Made by a program: the position numbers and the translations under genes. Of a stretch of DNA of 64,000 nucleotides, positions 19,517 to 29,098 are shown piece after piece. The notes below the pieces were generated by a model. That model was not told the DNA's origin. It made no database searches and was given only the letters and a program-made list of their open reading frames with translations. The DNA is from Oscillospiraceae bacterium (GTDB lineage: Bacteria; Bacillota; Clostridia; Oscillospirales; CAG-272), in the NCBI GenBank assembly GCA_015065285.1, contig SVQP01000007.1, positions 7,520 to 71,519 on the forward strand, written 5' to 3'. Every line of letters starts with the position of its first letter. Within the stretch, counting starts at the first letter, position 1.

Positions 19517-20251
19517 TTATTCCATGTTCTTAAGATACAATTCTGATTCCATGCAGGTCTGCCCGTTCTGATTGACCAGACGGAACAAATACCCGTTCTC
19601 GCTCTCTGCACGCAGAATGGTCAAAACGTCACCGTAGGCAGCCTCGTGCAGATAGGAAAGGGAAAAGCCACTGACAAACTTGCCAAGCATATCCGGCACG
19701 TAATCGCACAGCATGTCGGGGTATTTGGTATTGTTCATGTGCATGTTATAGTCCAGATCCGAGTAACGTACCTCGCGCTTGCCAACCTCTTGCAGCTGTG
19801 CCGAGGAGGTAATGCGCGCACGACGGGGCAGCTCACTGCGATCGATCTGCTCGTCCACGGGGAAGAGCGATGCAGCGGGAAAATCCTCCGCCTTGATAAA
19901 TCTTTTGTCCTCCAGGTGCACCAGCGCCCATTCCGAGGAGGCGCGGGCGTAAACCTTGCCCTCGTATTCGATCTCAAAGCAACGGTTAAAGGAATAGGAG
20001 CGGGAGGGCGGGCACCAGGTATTGACCCAGATGCGGATGTATGGGGGGAGCGGCGCGTCAATGCTGACCTGAATGCGGCTCATGATAAAGCCGATGCCGT
20101 CGCGCTGGTGGATCTCGTCAAGGTCCAGGTCGGCCGCGCGGCACTGGCGGTTGGCGCATTCCTGCATGTACATCAGCACCTGCGAGGGGCGGATGATCAG
20201 ATCAGGGTCGGTATCGTGCCACTTGGTTAAAAAATGCTCTGTGTGTTTCAT
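19517..20251 (-). CDS. Acyl-ACP thioesterase
   Basis: Double hotdog fold; VRYSDLDYNMHMNNTKY and YLHEA motifs. Confidence 0.88.
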   Translation of the reverse strand: MKHTEHFLTKWHDTDPDLIIRPSQVLMYMQECANRQCRAADLDLDEIHQRDGIGFIMSRIQVSIDAPLPPYIRIWVNTWCPPSRSYSFNRCFEIEYEGKVYARASSEWALVHLEDKRFIKAEDFPAASLFPVDEQIDRSELPRRARITSSAQLQEVGKREVRYSDLDYNMHMNNTKYPDMLCDYVPDMLGKFVSGFSLSYLHEAAYGDVLTILRAESENGYLFRLVNQNGQTCMESELYLKNME

Positions 20252-20262
20252 GGATTTCCTCC

Positions 20263-20298
20263 AAAAAGCGGAGCTGATTTGAAGTAAGTCAGCTCCGC
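20263..20298 (-). terminator. Terminator after fba
   Basis: GCGGAGCTGA...TCAGCTCCGC followed by TTTTT on the minus strand. Confidence 0.7.
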
Positions 20299-20365
20299 GG
20301 ATGGGTAAGAGTGAAGGAGCGTCGGAAGATGCGAAAATGCATCGTCGTCGGCAATCCGGCTAAGA

Positions 20366-21301
20366 TTAAAGGGTGTTAGAGGAGCCCAGCACGTTCTTGA
20401 TCTTGTGCTGAACCATCTTCTTGACCTCGCTGCGTGCAACGGTCAGGTAGCCTCTGGGGTCAAAGATCTCGGGGGACTCGTTGAATACGCGGCGAATGCC
20501 TGCGGTCATAGCCAGACGGATATCCGAGTCGATGTTGATCTTGCAAACTGCCATGGAAGCAGCCTTGCGCAGCATTTCCTCGGGAATGCCGATCGCGTCG
20601 GGCATCTTGCCGCCCAGTGCGTTGATCTCGCGAACGTATTCCTGGGGAACAGAGGAAGCACCGTGCAAAACGATGGGGAACTCGGGCAATCTCTTGGAGA
20701 TCTCCTCCAGCACGTTGAATGCAAGCTGAGGCTTGGTGCCGGGCTTGAACTTATATGCGCCGTGGCTAGTGCCGATCGCAATTGCCAGAGAGTCAACACC
20801 GGTGCGGGAAACGAATTCCTCAACCTCGTCGGGGTTGGTGAACATTGCGTCCTCAGCGGAAACGTTGACGTCATCCTCAATGCCTGCCAGCTGGCCAAGC
20901 TCACCTTCTACCACAACGCCGTGTGCGTGTGCGTATTCCACAACCTTGCGAGTCAGGGCAATGTTGTCCTCAAAGGAGTGGTGAGAGCCGTCGATCATAA
21001 CAGAGGTAAAGCCGCCGTCAATGCAAGCCTTGCAGATCTCAAAGTCTGCGCCGTGGTCCAGGTGCAGTGCCAGGTCAATATCGGTATCGCGGATCGCAGC
21101 CTGCGCCAGAGCCATCAGATATTCGTGCTTTGCGTACTTACGTGCGCCTGCGGAAACCTGCAGAATAACGGGAGACTGCTCTTCCTTAGCTGCCTCGGTG
21201 ATTGCCTGAATAATTTCCATGTTGTTGATGTTGAAAGCACCGATGGCGTAGCCGCCGCGGTAAGCCTTTTTGAACATTTCAGTCGTTGTTACAAGTGCCA
21301 T
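20366..21301 (-). CDS. fba: Class II fructose-1,6-bisphosphate aldolase
   Basis: AIGAFN, LHLDHG, SVMIDGS, AIGTSHGAYK, VLHGASS. Confidence 0.95.
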   Translation of the reverse strand: MALVTTTEMFKKAYRGGYAIGAFNINNMEIIQAITEAAKEEQSPVILQVSAGARKYAKHEYLMALAQAAIRDTDIDLALHLDHGADFEICKACIDGGFTSVMIDGSHHSFEDNIALTRKVVEYAHAHGVVVEGELGQLAGIEDDVNVSAEDAMFTNPDEVEEFVSRTGVDSLAIAIGTSHGAYKFKPGTKPQLAFNVLEEISKRLPEFPIVLHGASSVPQEYVREINALGGKMPDAIGIPEEMLRKAASMAVCKINIDSDIRLAMTAGIRRVFNESPEIFDPRGYLTVARSEVKKMVQHKIKNVLGSSNTL

Positions 21302-21389
21302 TTGGAATTCCTCCGGATAAAAAATACTACAATTATTTTATCATAAAGTGTGCCCAAAATCAATAGGAAATCCGTATTTTACCAAATTT

Positions 21390-21791
21390 TTATCCAAGCG
21401 TTTGATTGTGCTCGTCACCGTTCGAAGCAACGGCGGCATCGTGTCCGCCAAGCCCGAAGCTGACCGCAATGGCATTGTCCACGCGCTGCATGACCGATTC
21501 GTCCAAATGTCCCATTTTCTCCTTCAAGCGGCGTTTGTCCAGTGTGCGGATCTGTTCCAGCAGGATAACGGAATCCTTGGAAAGCCCCGCCTTGTCGGCA
21601 TATATGTCAATATGGGTGGGCAGGCGTGTCTTGCCCATGCGCGAGGTAATGGCAGCGGCAATCACGGTGGGGCTGTAGCGATTGCCAACGTCGTTTTGTA
21701 TGATCAGGACGGGGCGCAAGCCCCCTTGCTCCGAGCCCACAACGGGCGAAAGATCTGCATAGTAAATATCTCCGCGTTTCACGGTCATCAT
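21390..21791 (-). CDS. mazF: MazF/PemK (EndoA-like) mRNA interferase toxin
   Basis: [34 protein letters not shown]...LPTH...[13 protein letters not shown]. Confidence 0.93.
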   Translation of the reverse strand: MMTVKRGDIYYADLSPVVGSEQGGLRPVLIIQNDVGNRYSPTVIAAAITSRMGKTRLPTHIDIYADKAGLSKDSVILLEQIRTLDKRRLKEKMGHLDESVMQRVDNAIAVSFGLGGHDAAVASNGDEHNQTLG

Positions 21792-21992
21792 GGTATATAG
21801 CCTCCCTTATGTGTTTGTAAAGCAGTATTGCCACGCACGTCGGCGCTTTAGTCATTCTTTTTATATTGCAGTATATACAAAAGTTCGACAAAATGCCCAA
21901 CCTAAAAATCAGCAAAAAGATGCGACGGGTGCTTTACAAAGGCAAGGTGTGTGTGGTATAATAAAAGCAGAATATAAAAGTGGAGGCGTTTT

Positions 21993-23405
21993 ATGCGCAA
22001 AACGAAAATTATTTGTACCATCGGACCTGCAACGCAAAGCGAGGAGACCCTGCGCGGACTTTGCAAGGCAGGCATGAACGTAGCAAGACTCAACTTTTCC
22101 CATAATACACACGAGGATCATCTGCAGAGAATCGAGAGCATCAAAAAGGTCAGAGCGGAGCTGGATATGCCCATCGCCATTATGCTGGATACCAAGGGCC
22201 CCGAGTACCGTATCAAGACCTTTGAGCACGACAGCGTGACGCTGGAGGAAGGGCAGGAATTCACCTTTACCACCGAAGAGGTGCAGGGCAACGAGAGCAT
22301 CGTATCGGTCAGCTATGCAGATCTTGTACACGAGCTGGTTCCCGGTGACACCATTCTGCTCAACAACGGCTTGCTGATCTTCCGCGTAGAGGAGATCGAG
22401 GGCAAGAATATACACTGCCGCGTTACTTGCGGTGGCGAGCTTTCCAACCGCAAGAGCATGAGCTTCCCCGGCAAGGTGATGAAGCAAAAGTATCTGTCGG
22501 ATCAGGATAAGAGCGATATTGCCTTCGGTATCAAACACGGGGTGGACTTTATTGCCTGCTCGTTCGTGTCCTGTAAGCAGGATCTGATCGACGTGCGCAA
22601 TTATCTTGCCGAGATTGGTGGAGAGGGCGTGGACCTGATCGCCAAGATCGAAAACCAGTCGGGCTACGACCACATTGAGGAGATCTGCGAGGTGTGCGAC
22701 GGTATTATGGTCGCGCGCGGAGATATGGGCGTTGAGGTGCCCTTCGAGCAGTTGCCTGCTATGCAGAAAACGCTGATCACCAAGTGCAGAATGCTTGGTA
22801 AGCGCGTCATCACCGCAACCGAGATGCTGGAGAGCATGATCTACAATCCCAGACCCACCAGAGCTGAGATTTCGGACGTGGCAAATGCCGTGTACGACGG
22901 CACCAGTGCCATCATGCTGTCGGGCGAGACTGCAATGGGCAAGTACCCCGTGCAGACCGTGCAGGTCATGTCCAAAATTGCCGAGACTGCAGAGAACAGC
23001 ATTGATTATACTGACATTTTCTATGGTACCGAGTTCAAGATCAAGAACACGGTAGACGCCATTTCACACGCAACCTGCGCCGTCGCCATTGACATTGGCG
23101 CAAAGGCAATTGTCGCATGCTCGCTGTCAGGCATGACTGCGCGCATGGTATCGCGCTTCCGTTGCCCCGTGGATATCATTGGTCTGACTACCGATGAGAG
23201 CACCTACCGTAAGCTGGCGCTTTCCTGGGGCGTGACTCCCGCGCTGTGCGAAAAGTATCCCTCGACCGACGTGCTGTTCTACACCGCTACCAAAATGGCG
23301 CCCAAGCTGCTGCCCATGGAAAAGGGCGACAGCATCGTCATCACGGGCGGTGACACCACCGGCGTTTCCGGCAAGACCAGTCTGATCAAGGTAGAGCAAA
23401 TTTAA
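21993..23405 (+). CDS. pyk: Pyruvate kinase (short form, no PEP-utilising extension)
   Basis: RKTKIICTIGP, ARLNFSH, DTKGPE, AKIEN, MVARGDMGVE, MLSGETA. Confidence 0.96.
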   Translation: MRKTKIICTIGPATQSEETLRGLCKAGMNVARLNFSHNTHEDHLQRIESIKKVRAELDMPIAIMLDTKGPEYRIKTFEHDSVTLEEGQEFTFTTEEVQGNESIVSVSYADLVHELVPGDTILLNNGLLIFRVEEIEGKNIHCRVTCGGELSNRKSMSFPGKVMKQKYLSDQDKSDIAFGIKHGVDFIACSFVSCKQDLIDVRNYLAEIGGEGVDLIAKIENQSGYDHIEEICEVCDGIMVARGDMGVEVPFEQLPAMQKTLITKCRMLGKRVITATEMLESMIYNPRPTRAEISDVANAVYDGTSAIMLSGETAMGKYPVQTVQVMSKIAETAENSIDYTDIFYGTEFKIKNTVDAISHATCAVAIDIGAKAIVACSLSGMTARMVSRFRCPVDIIGLTTDESTYRKLALSWGVTPALCEKYPSTDVLFYTATKMAPKLLPMEKGDSIVITGGDTTGVSGKTSLIKVEQI

Positions 23406-23422
23406 AATTGAAAATTTGGCAC

Positions 23423-23460
23423 AAAAAAGCCGTCACGGAACGTGGCGGCTTTTCGTTTTT
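23423..23460 (+). terminator. Terminator after pyk
   Basis: AAAAGCCGTCACG-gaa-CGTGGCGGCTTTT then T run. Confidence 0.75.
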
Positions 23461-23495
23461 CACAGCATCCTTGTCATGTGGCGATCTGATGAGTT

Positions 23496-24389
23496 GCAGC
23501 TCCCCATCTGTGTCATCCTGCCTGCGGCAACAAATCCGGTAGGGGGCGGCGCCCTCGACGCCCCGTCTTGCAAACGGTTTATGATCATGTCACCCGAACG
23601 CTGATCCGTTATCACCGCGTGCGGGAGGCGAAACGCCTCCCCTACACAAAATTACTTTGGCGCAGCCTCCCTCTATGTGTCATCCTGAGCGAGAAAACAT
23701 CCCTGTGCGGATGTTTTCGAGTCGAACTTTCAAAAATCTGCAACGAATTGCTGATTTTTGAAAGTCAAAGTGCAAGGATTGCACTTTGAGGATCCAGCAA
23801 ACGATTTACAACACGCGAAAAAAGCCTCCCCTTTAGGGGAGGGGGACCGCAGTGAAGCGGCGCAGCGTGCCGCTTCGCGATTGCGGTGGAGGGGTTGCCT
23901 CCCTTTTAAGGGAGGTGGCAAATGCTTCGGCATTTGCCGAAGGGTTCTCTTTTCCAATCATATAGGATCGGAAAATTGGTGAAAGAGCGTCCTTACGGTG
24001 ACCCACTCCACCGCTGTTCGCTTACGCTCACTGCGGTCCCCCTCTGCCCGGCGGGAGAGGCTTAGTTACTCCGGCTAAACAGACATCTTGCAAACCCATC
24101 GCAGATCCCGCTGCGCGCTACCGCACTTGCGCTTTTGCTCGCTCAATTTCGCGGCTCTGCCGCGAAATATTCGACCCGCAAAAGTTCGACTGCGCGCGTA
24201 CACCACAACGCGGTGTCCGCGCTCCGCTCAGGATGACACATAGTGGGGAGCGCGTCTGAGGCGGTTTGTGATGTGCCATGTAGGGGAGGATATCATCCTC
24301 CCGCACGCGATGATAACGGATCAGTATTCGGGTAAAAAAATCATAAATCGTTTGCGAAACGGGTCGTCGAGGGTGCCGACCCCTGCCGG
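23496..24389. repeat. Nested inverted-repeat / REP-like palindrome mosaic
   Basis: Outer ~110-bp IR 23536-23645 / 24280-24389 with GTAG-ended hairpins; perfect 19-bp IR 23673-23691 / 24225-24243; inner IR 23822-23895 / 24002-24063. Confidence 0.85.
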
Positions 24390-24432
24390 GGTTGTTGACG
24401 CGGGCAGGAGGACAGATGGCGGTTACCGGCAG

Positions 24433-24470
24433 CAGAAAAGGCAGAGAGCTTTGTGCTCTCTGCCTTTTCT
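24433..24470 (-). terminator. Terminator at end of the opp operon
   Basis: AGAAAAGGCAGAGAG-ctttgtg-CTCTCTGCCTTTTCT. Confidence 0.8.
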
Positions 24471-24471
24471 C

Positions 24472-24735
24472 TTATCTTGCCAGTGTAAAGAAGATCCACG
24501 TGACCAAAAAGGACACGAAAATGATGCCCAGTGTGACCATCATAGGCCAGAACATCAGCTTGACTGCCGCAAAATACGTGCGGAATTGCTCGCGCAGCGT
24601 ACCCTTAGCACCGGGATCTCTTGGCTTTTCGCCCGGGCGGCGACGGCTGTCCTGCAGCGGCTGCATATCAACCACGGTCGAGCCGTCGTCCACGTAGCGG
24701 ATCTTTTGCTTTTTTTCCTTATTCTTGTTCGCCAT
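24472..24735 (-). CDS. Small membrane protein, last gene of the opp operon
   Basis: MANKNKEKKQKIRYVDDGSTVVDM...; C-terminal TM; GAGG RBS; overlaps the oppF 3' end. Confidence 0.7.
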   Translation of the reverse strand: MANKNKEKKQKIRYVDDGSTVVDMQPLQDSRRRPGEKPRDPGAKGTLREQFRTYFAAVKLMFWPMMVTLGIIFVSFLVTWIFFTLAR

Positions 24736-25858
24736 TGCTTGCGTCCTCTGCATACATGTGGCAGGCTGCAAAGTGACCCGGCTCAACCTCGCGGTACGCG
24801 GGGGTCACGTGCTTGCAAATCTCTTTGGCATAGGGGCAGCGCGTATGGAAGCGGCAGCCCTTGGGGGGATTTGCGGGAGAGGGAATGTCTCCGCCCAGCA
24901 CCATGCGCTGCATCTTGGCATCGGGATCGGGATTGGGGATCGCCGAGAACAGTGCCTGCGTGTAGGGGTGCAGGGGATTGCCGAAGATATCCTTCTTGGC
25001 ACCGAACTCTACCATTGAGCCAAGGTACATCACACCGATCTTATCCGAGATAAACTTGACCACCGACAAATCGTGCGAGATGAACAGGTAAGTCAGGTTC
25101 ATGGATTTTTGCAGCTCCTTGAGCAGATTGATGATCTGCGCCTGAATGGAAACGTCCAGCGCGGATACGGGCTCGTCACAAATCACCAGCTTGGGCTTGA
25201 CCGAAAGCGCACGCGCAATGCAGATACGCTGACGCTGACCGCCCGAGAATTCGTGGGGATAGCGCTCATAGTAATAATCGCGCAGACCGCACTTTTCCAT
25301 CAGATCCAGCACGTAAGCCTTGACCTGTTTTTCGGGCACGATCTTGTGCACGCGCACGGGCTCGGAAAGAATGTCGCCAACCGTGCTTCTGGGGGGCAGG
25401 GAGGAATAGGGGTCCTGGAAAATGATCTGCATCTCGGTGCGCAGCTTACGCATCTTGGAAGGGGGATATTTGGTAATATCCTGACCGTCAAACAAAATCT
25501 GACCGCCGTTGGAGGGATGAAACTTGAGAATGGTTCTGCCCATGGTGGTCTTGCCACAGCCGGATTCACCAACGATACCCAGCGTTTCACCGGGGTTGAG
25601 CACAAAGGAAACATCATCCACTGCAATCAACTCCTGCTGCACCTTGCCCATCAGAGATTTCTTGATGGGGAAGGCTTTTCTTAAGTGGCGCACCTCCAAA
25701 AGGGCGTTGGGATCGGGCTGCTTGCCTGCATCCGTTTCAATTGCCGCAGCCTTTTTCTCTGCCAGCTCGGCAGCAAGCGCTGCGTCGTCAAAGGAGGTCT
25801 CGGTATCGGGCATGCTCTGCCAGCGCGCAAGTGCGCGCTCGTAAGTAATATCAGCCAT
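24719..25858 (-). CDS. oppF: Oligopeptide ABC transporter ATP-binding protein
   Basis: GESGCGKTT, FQDPYSSL, YPHEFSGGQRQR, CDEPVSALD, oligo_HPY and Cys-rich tail. Confidence 0.92.
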   Translation of the reverse strand: MADITYERALARWQSMPDTETSFDDAALAAELAEKKAAAIETDAGKQPDPNALLEVRHLRKAFPIKKSLMGKVQQELIAVDDVSFVLNPGETLGIVGESGCGKTTMGRTILKFHPSNGGQILFDGQDITKYPPSKMRKLRTEMQIIFQDPYSSLPPRSTVGDILSEPVRVHKIVPEKQVKAYVLDLMEKCGLRDYYYERYPHEFSGGQRQRICIARALSVKPKLVICDEPVSALDVSIQAQIINLLKELQKSMNLTYLFISHDLSVVKFISDKIGVMYLGSMVEFGAKKDIFGNPLHPYTQALFSAIPNPDPDAKMQRMVLGGDIPSPANPPKGCRFHTRCPYAKEICKHVTPAYREVEPGHFAACHMYAEDASNGEQE

Positions 25859-26996
25859 TTACCTCTTCCTCCTTATCGTAAAGGTGGCAGGACACAAAGT
25901 GGGTGGGGCTGACCTGAATCATATCGGGGTAGTCGCCGCCGCACTTGTCGCAGCATCTGTCGCATCTCTCCTTGAAGAAACAATGCGTGGGCATGTTCAC
26001 GGGGTTGGGAACGTTGCCGGGAATATTGAACAGCACGTCGCTGTCGCTTTGCATGGTGGGCTTGGATTTCTGAAGTCCGATGGTGTAGGGGTGCAGGGGA
26101 TTCTTGAAGATCTCCTGAACAGTGCCCTTTTCGATCACCTTTCCTGCATACATGACCACCACGTAATCCGCCATCTCGGCAATGACACCAAGGTCGTGCG
26201 TGATCAGCATGATCGAGCCGTTGATCTTGTCCTTCAGATCGCGCAAAAGGTCAAGGATCTGTGCCTGAATGGTCACATCCAGCGCGGTGGTGGGCTCGTC
26301 CGCAATGATCAGACGGGGATTGCACACCAGAGCCATGGAGATCATCACGCGCTGTCTCATACCGCCCGAAAGCTCGTGGGGATAGGAGTTGTACACGCGC
26401 TCGGGCGCGGCAATACCAACCAGCTTGAGCATCTCAATCGAGCGTGCCTGCGCCTCCTCGGCAGTTGCCTCGGGTCTGTGAATGTACGTTACCTCGTCAA
26501 GCTGGTCACCGATGGTGAAGATGGGGTTGAGCGAGGTCATGGGCTCCTGGAAGATCATGGCGATCTCCTTGCCGCGGATACGGTAGATCTCGCTGATCGG
26601 CATCTCGGCAATATCATAGGTCTTATCCTCGGCTGCAAAACGGATCGAGCCGGAGTAGATCTGACCGGTCGGACCCTGCAAAAGTCTCATGACTGACATG
26701 CTTGTCACGCTCTTGCCGCAGCCGGATTCGCCCACGATGCCCACGGTTTTGTTTTTGGGAATATCAAAGGAAACGCCGTTGACCGCCTTGACCACGCCCT
26801 GATCGGTGAAGAAGTAGGTGTGCAGGTCGTCAATCTCAAGGATGTTGTCTGCGTTCTTCATCTCGCAAACAAATTCCTCTTCCTTTGCTCTGCGGTGCTT
26901 TTTGGCTTCCAGAGCCATCATCACCTTTTTGTTCTGCTTGGCAATGGCACGGATCTCCTTGCCCGAGAGATAGGAGGATTTTTTCTTTTCTTTCAT
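25851..26996 (-). CDS. oppD: Oligopeptide ABC transporter ATP-binding protein
   Basis: [39 protein letters not shown]. Confidence 0.92.
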   Translation of the reverse strand: MKEKKKSSYLSGKEIRAIAKQNKKVMMALEAKKHRRAKEEEFVCEMKNADNILEIDDLHTYFFTDQGVVKAVNGVSFDIPKNKTVGIVGESGCGKSVTSMSVMRLLQGPTGQIYSGSIRFAAEDKTYDIAEMPISEIYRIRGKEIAMIFQEPMTSLNPIFTIGDQLDEVTYIHRPEATAEEAQARSIEMLKLVGIAAPERVYNSYPHELSGGMRQRVMISMALVCNPRLIIADEPTTALDVTIQAQILDLLRDLKDKINGSIMLITHDLGVIAEMADYVVVMYAGKVIEKGTVQEIFKNPLHPYTIGLQKSKPTMQSDSDVLFNIPGNVPNPVNMPTHCFFKERCDRCCDKCGGDYPDMIQVSPTHFVSCHLYDKEEEVNG

Positions 26997-27009
26997 GGTC
27001 TCATCCTCC

Positions 27010-28071
27010 TTATCTTCTCATTTTGGGGTCAAGCGCGTCGCGCAAGCCGTCGCCCACAAAGTTGAAGCCCAGCACCGCCATGATGATGCAAAGACCGGGA
27101 GGGCCCCAGATATTGAAATAGTTTTGCAGAATGTTGGAGTCGTTGGCAGCGTTGATCATGGTACCCCATGCGGCAAACTGCTCGGGCGCACCCAGACCAA
27201 GGTAGGTCAGGGAAGCCTCGTAAAGGATCATGGAGCCAAGGCTGAGCGTCATGGAAACGATCAGCTGAGGCATGACGTTGGGCACCAGGTGCTTGAAGAT
27301 CTTGCGCACGGTGCTGTATCCCATTGCCTCTGCAGCCACCATGTATTCCTGCTCACGCAAGGAGAGGATCTGACCTCTGACAAGGCGAGCGGTGCCGGGC
27401 CAGGAGATCAGCGACAGGAATGCCATCAGGTAATAAATGCGGTGCTGCGGCTCAATCGGAATGGGAAAATCGGGCGTTTTGCTCCACGCATCCAACACCG
27501 TACCTACAACCAGCATGATCGGGATACCGGGCAGACACATCAGCACGTCGCACACACGCATGATAATGTTGTCGATCAAGCCACCAAAGTAGCCTGCAAT
27601 GCCACCGAATACCACGCCGATGGCAGCGATGACGAATACGGTCAAAAAGCTGATGGTCAGCGAGATTCTGCCGCCGTACATCAGTCTTGCCAGCACGTCC
27701 TTGCCCGTCTTGTCAGTGCCCAAGGGGTGCTCCCATGAGGGTTTGGCAAGCGTGTTGGTGTCCTCGCGGGTTTCCTCAAGCTGATAGTAGGAGTGCTCCA
27801 CGCCGTTTTCGTCCACGTAGGTGATCAGGGTCTGCACGTATTCCACTCTGCCGTTGTAGTCCACCTCGGTCTGATCCCACTGGGTATAGAACACGGGACC
27901 CAGCCAGCAGAAAGCGAACAGAAATACGATCAGCACAAGACCCAGTACGCTGAGCTTGGAGCGGAAGAAGCGGCGCACCACCATTCTACCCGGAGACATC
28001 AGGCGCACGTTCTTATCCAGTGGTTCTTCCTTTTCGGGGGCGTTTTGAATTTTGATTTCTTTTTCGCTCAT
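27010..28071 (-). CDS. oppC: Oligopeptide ABC transporter permease
   Basis: HPLGTDKTGKDVLARLMYGGRISL; EAA loop EYMVAAEAMG; GDGLRDALDP; ATG 28071 with AAGGAGG RBS. Confidence 0.92.
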   Translation of the reverse strand: MSEKEIKIQNAPEKEEPLDKNVRLMSPGRMVVRRFFRSKLSVLGLVLIVFLFAFCWLGPVFYTQWDQTEVDYNGRVEYVQTLITYVDENGVEHSYYQLEETREDTNTLAKPSWEHPLGTDKTGKDVLARLMYGGRISLTISFLTVFVIAAIGVVFGGIAGYFGGLIDNIIMRVCDVLMCLPGIPIMLVVGTVLDAWSKTPDFPIPIEPQHRIYYLMAFLSLISWPGTARLVRGQILSLREQEYMVAAEAMGYSTVRKIFKHLVPNVMPQLIVSMTLSLGSMILYEASLTYLGLGAPEQFAAWGTMINAANDSNILQNYFNIWGPPGLCIIMAVLGFNFVGDGLRDALDPKMRR

Positions 28072-28084
28072 ATCAATCGCCTCC

Positions 28085-29080
28085 TTAACCAAGCTTGACT
28101 CTGGGGTCAACCACAGCGTACATGATATCGGCGAGCAGCACGCCCACGATACTCAGCACAGCCAAGAACAGGTTGTAGCCCATGATAAAGGGAATATCGG
28201 CAACCAGTGTGGCTTGGTAAGCCATGTTACCGATGCCGGGCAGACCAAACACCTGCTCGGTGATGATCGCACCCGAGAACAGCGAGGGCAAAAGCCCTGC
28301 CAGGGAGGTGACCAGAGGAATGAGCGTGTTACGGAAGGCGTGCTTGTAAATCACCTTGGTCTCGCTCAGACCCTTGGCGCGTGCGGTACGGATGTAATCC
28401 GAGCCCAGCACCTCCAGCATATTGGTTCTGGTCATTCTCATTCTGCCGCCAATGCTCAGCACCACCACGGTCAACACGGGGATGACCAGATAGGAAACGT
28501 AGTCCAGTATCAGCCAGATGCCCGTGTAGTCCATGGTTGCCGATCCAAGACCTGAGGATGGGAACCATCCCAGCTGCATGGCAAGCATGTTTTTGAGTAT
28601 CTGCCCGAAGAAGAAGGATGGCAGGGAAATACCGATCATAACCAGTACCGTTACGAAGTAGTCACGGAAGGAATATTGGTGGGTTGCTGCCGTGATGCCA
28701 AGAGGAATGGCGATCATGAACTCAAACACGGTTGCAATGGCTGCGACCGCGAACGAGACCCACATGTTTTTGGCAATGACGTCCGCAACCGGCTGCTGGA
28801 ACTTGAAGCTTGTGCCAAAGTCCAGTCTGAGCGTTGCGCGCAGCCAGGTGAAATAACCGCGGAACATGCCGCCAAGCGTGCCGTCCGTACCGTATCCGTA
28901 TTCGCTCATCAGCGCCTGAACCGTTTCTTCGCTGACTGCCTCGCCCTTGGTTTCAATGGCGGCAATCTGCTGAGTAACGTAGTCCATAGGCATCAGCTGA
29001 ATCAGCACGAACATGATCACCGATACGCAGAACAGAATCAGAACCGACAGTGCAAGGCGCTTAATAATATATTTTATCAT
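28085..29080 (-). CDS. oppB: Oligopeptide ABC transporter permease
   Basis: MIKYIIKRL, DFGTSF, DYIRTARAKGL, KHAFRN, YAVVDPR. Confidence 0.92.
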   Translation of the reverse strand: MIKYIIKRLALSVLILFCVSVIMFVLIQLMPMDYVTQQIAAIETKGEAVSEETVQALMSEYGYGTDGTLGGMFRGYFTWLRATLRLDFGTSFKFQQPVADVIAKNMWVSFAVAAIATVFEFMIAIPLGITAATHQYSFRDYFVTVLVMIGISLPSFFFGQILKNMLAMQLGWFPSSGLGSATMDYTGIWLILDYVSYLVIPVLTVVVLSIGGRMRMTRTNMLEVLGSDYIRTARAKGLSETKVIYKHAFRNTLIPLVTSLAGLLPSLFSGAIITEQVFGLPGIGNMAYQATLVADIPFIMGYNLFLAVLSIVGVLLADIMYAVVDPRVKLG

Positions 29081-29098
29081 ATCTTTATACCGCCTTTC

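Noticed and set aside
21607-21915. 102-aa ORF overlapping the mazF start as an antitoxin
   Set aside because: No RBS, no RHH/AbrB character, and it overlaps more than 180 bp of mazF out of frame
23416-24420. Short ORFs in the pyk-opp intergenic region as transposase or nuclease remnants
   Set aside because: No HUH, GIY-YIG, DDE or PD-(D/E)xK motifs; the translations derive from the palindromic repeats
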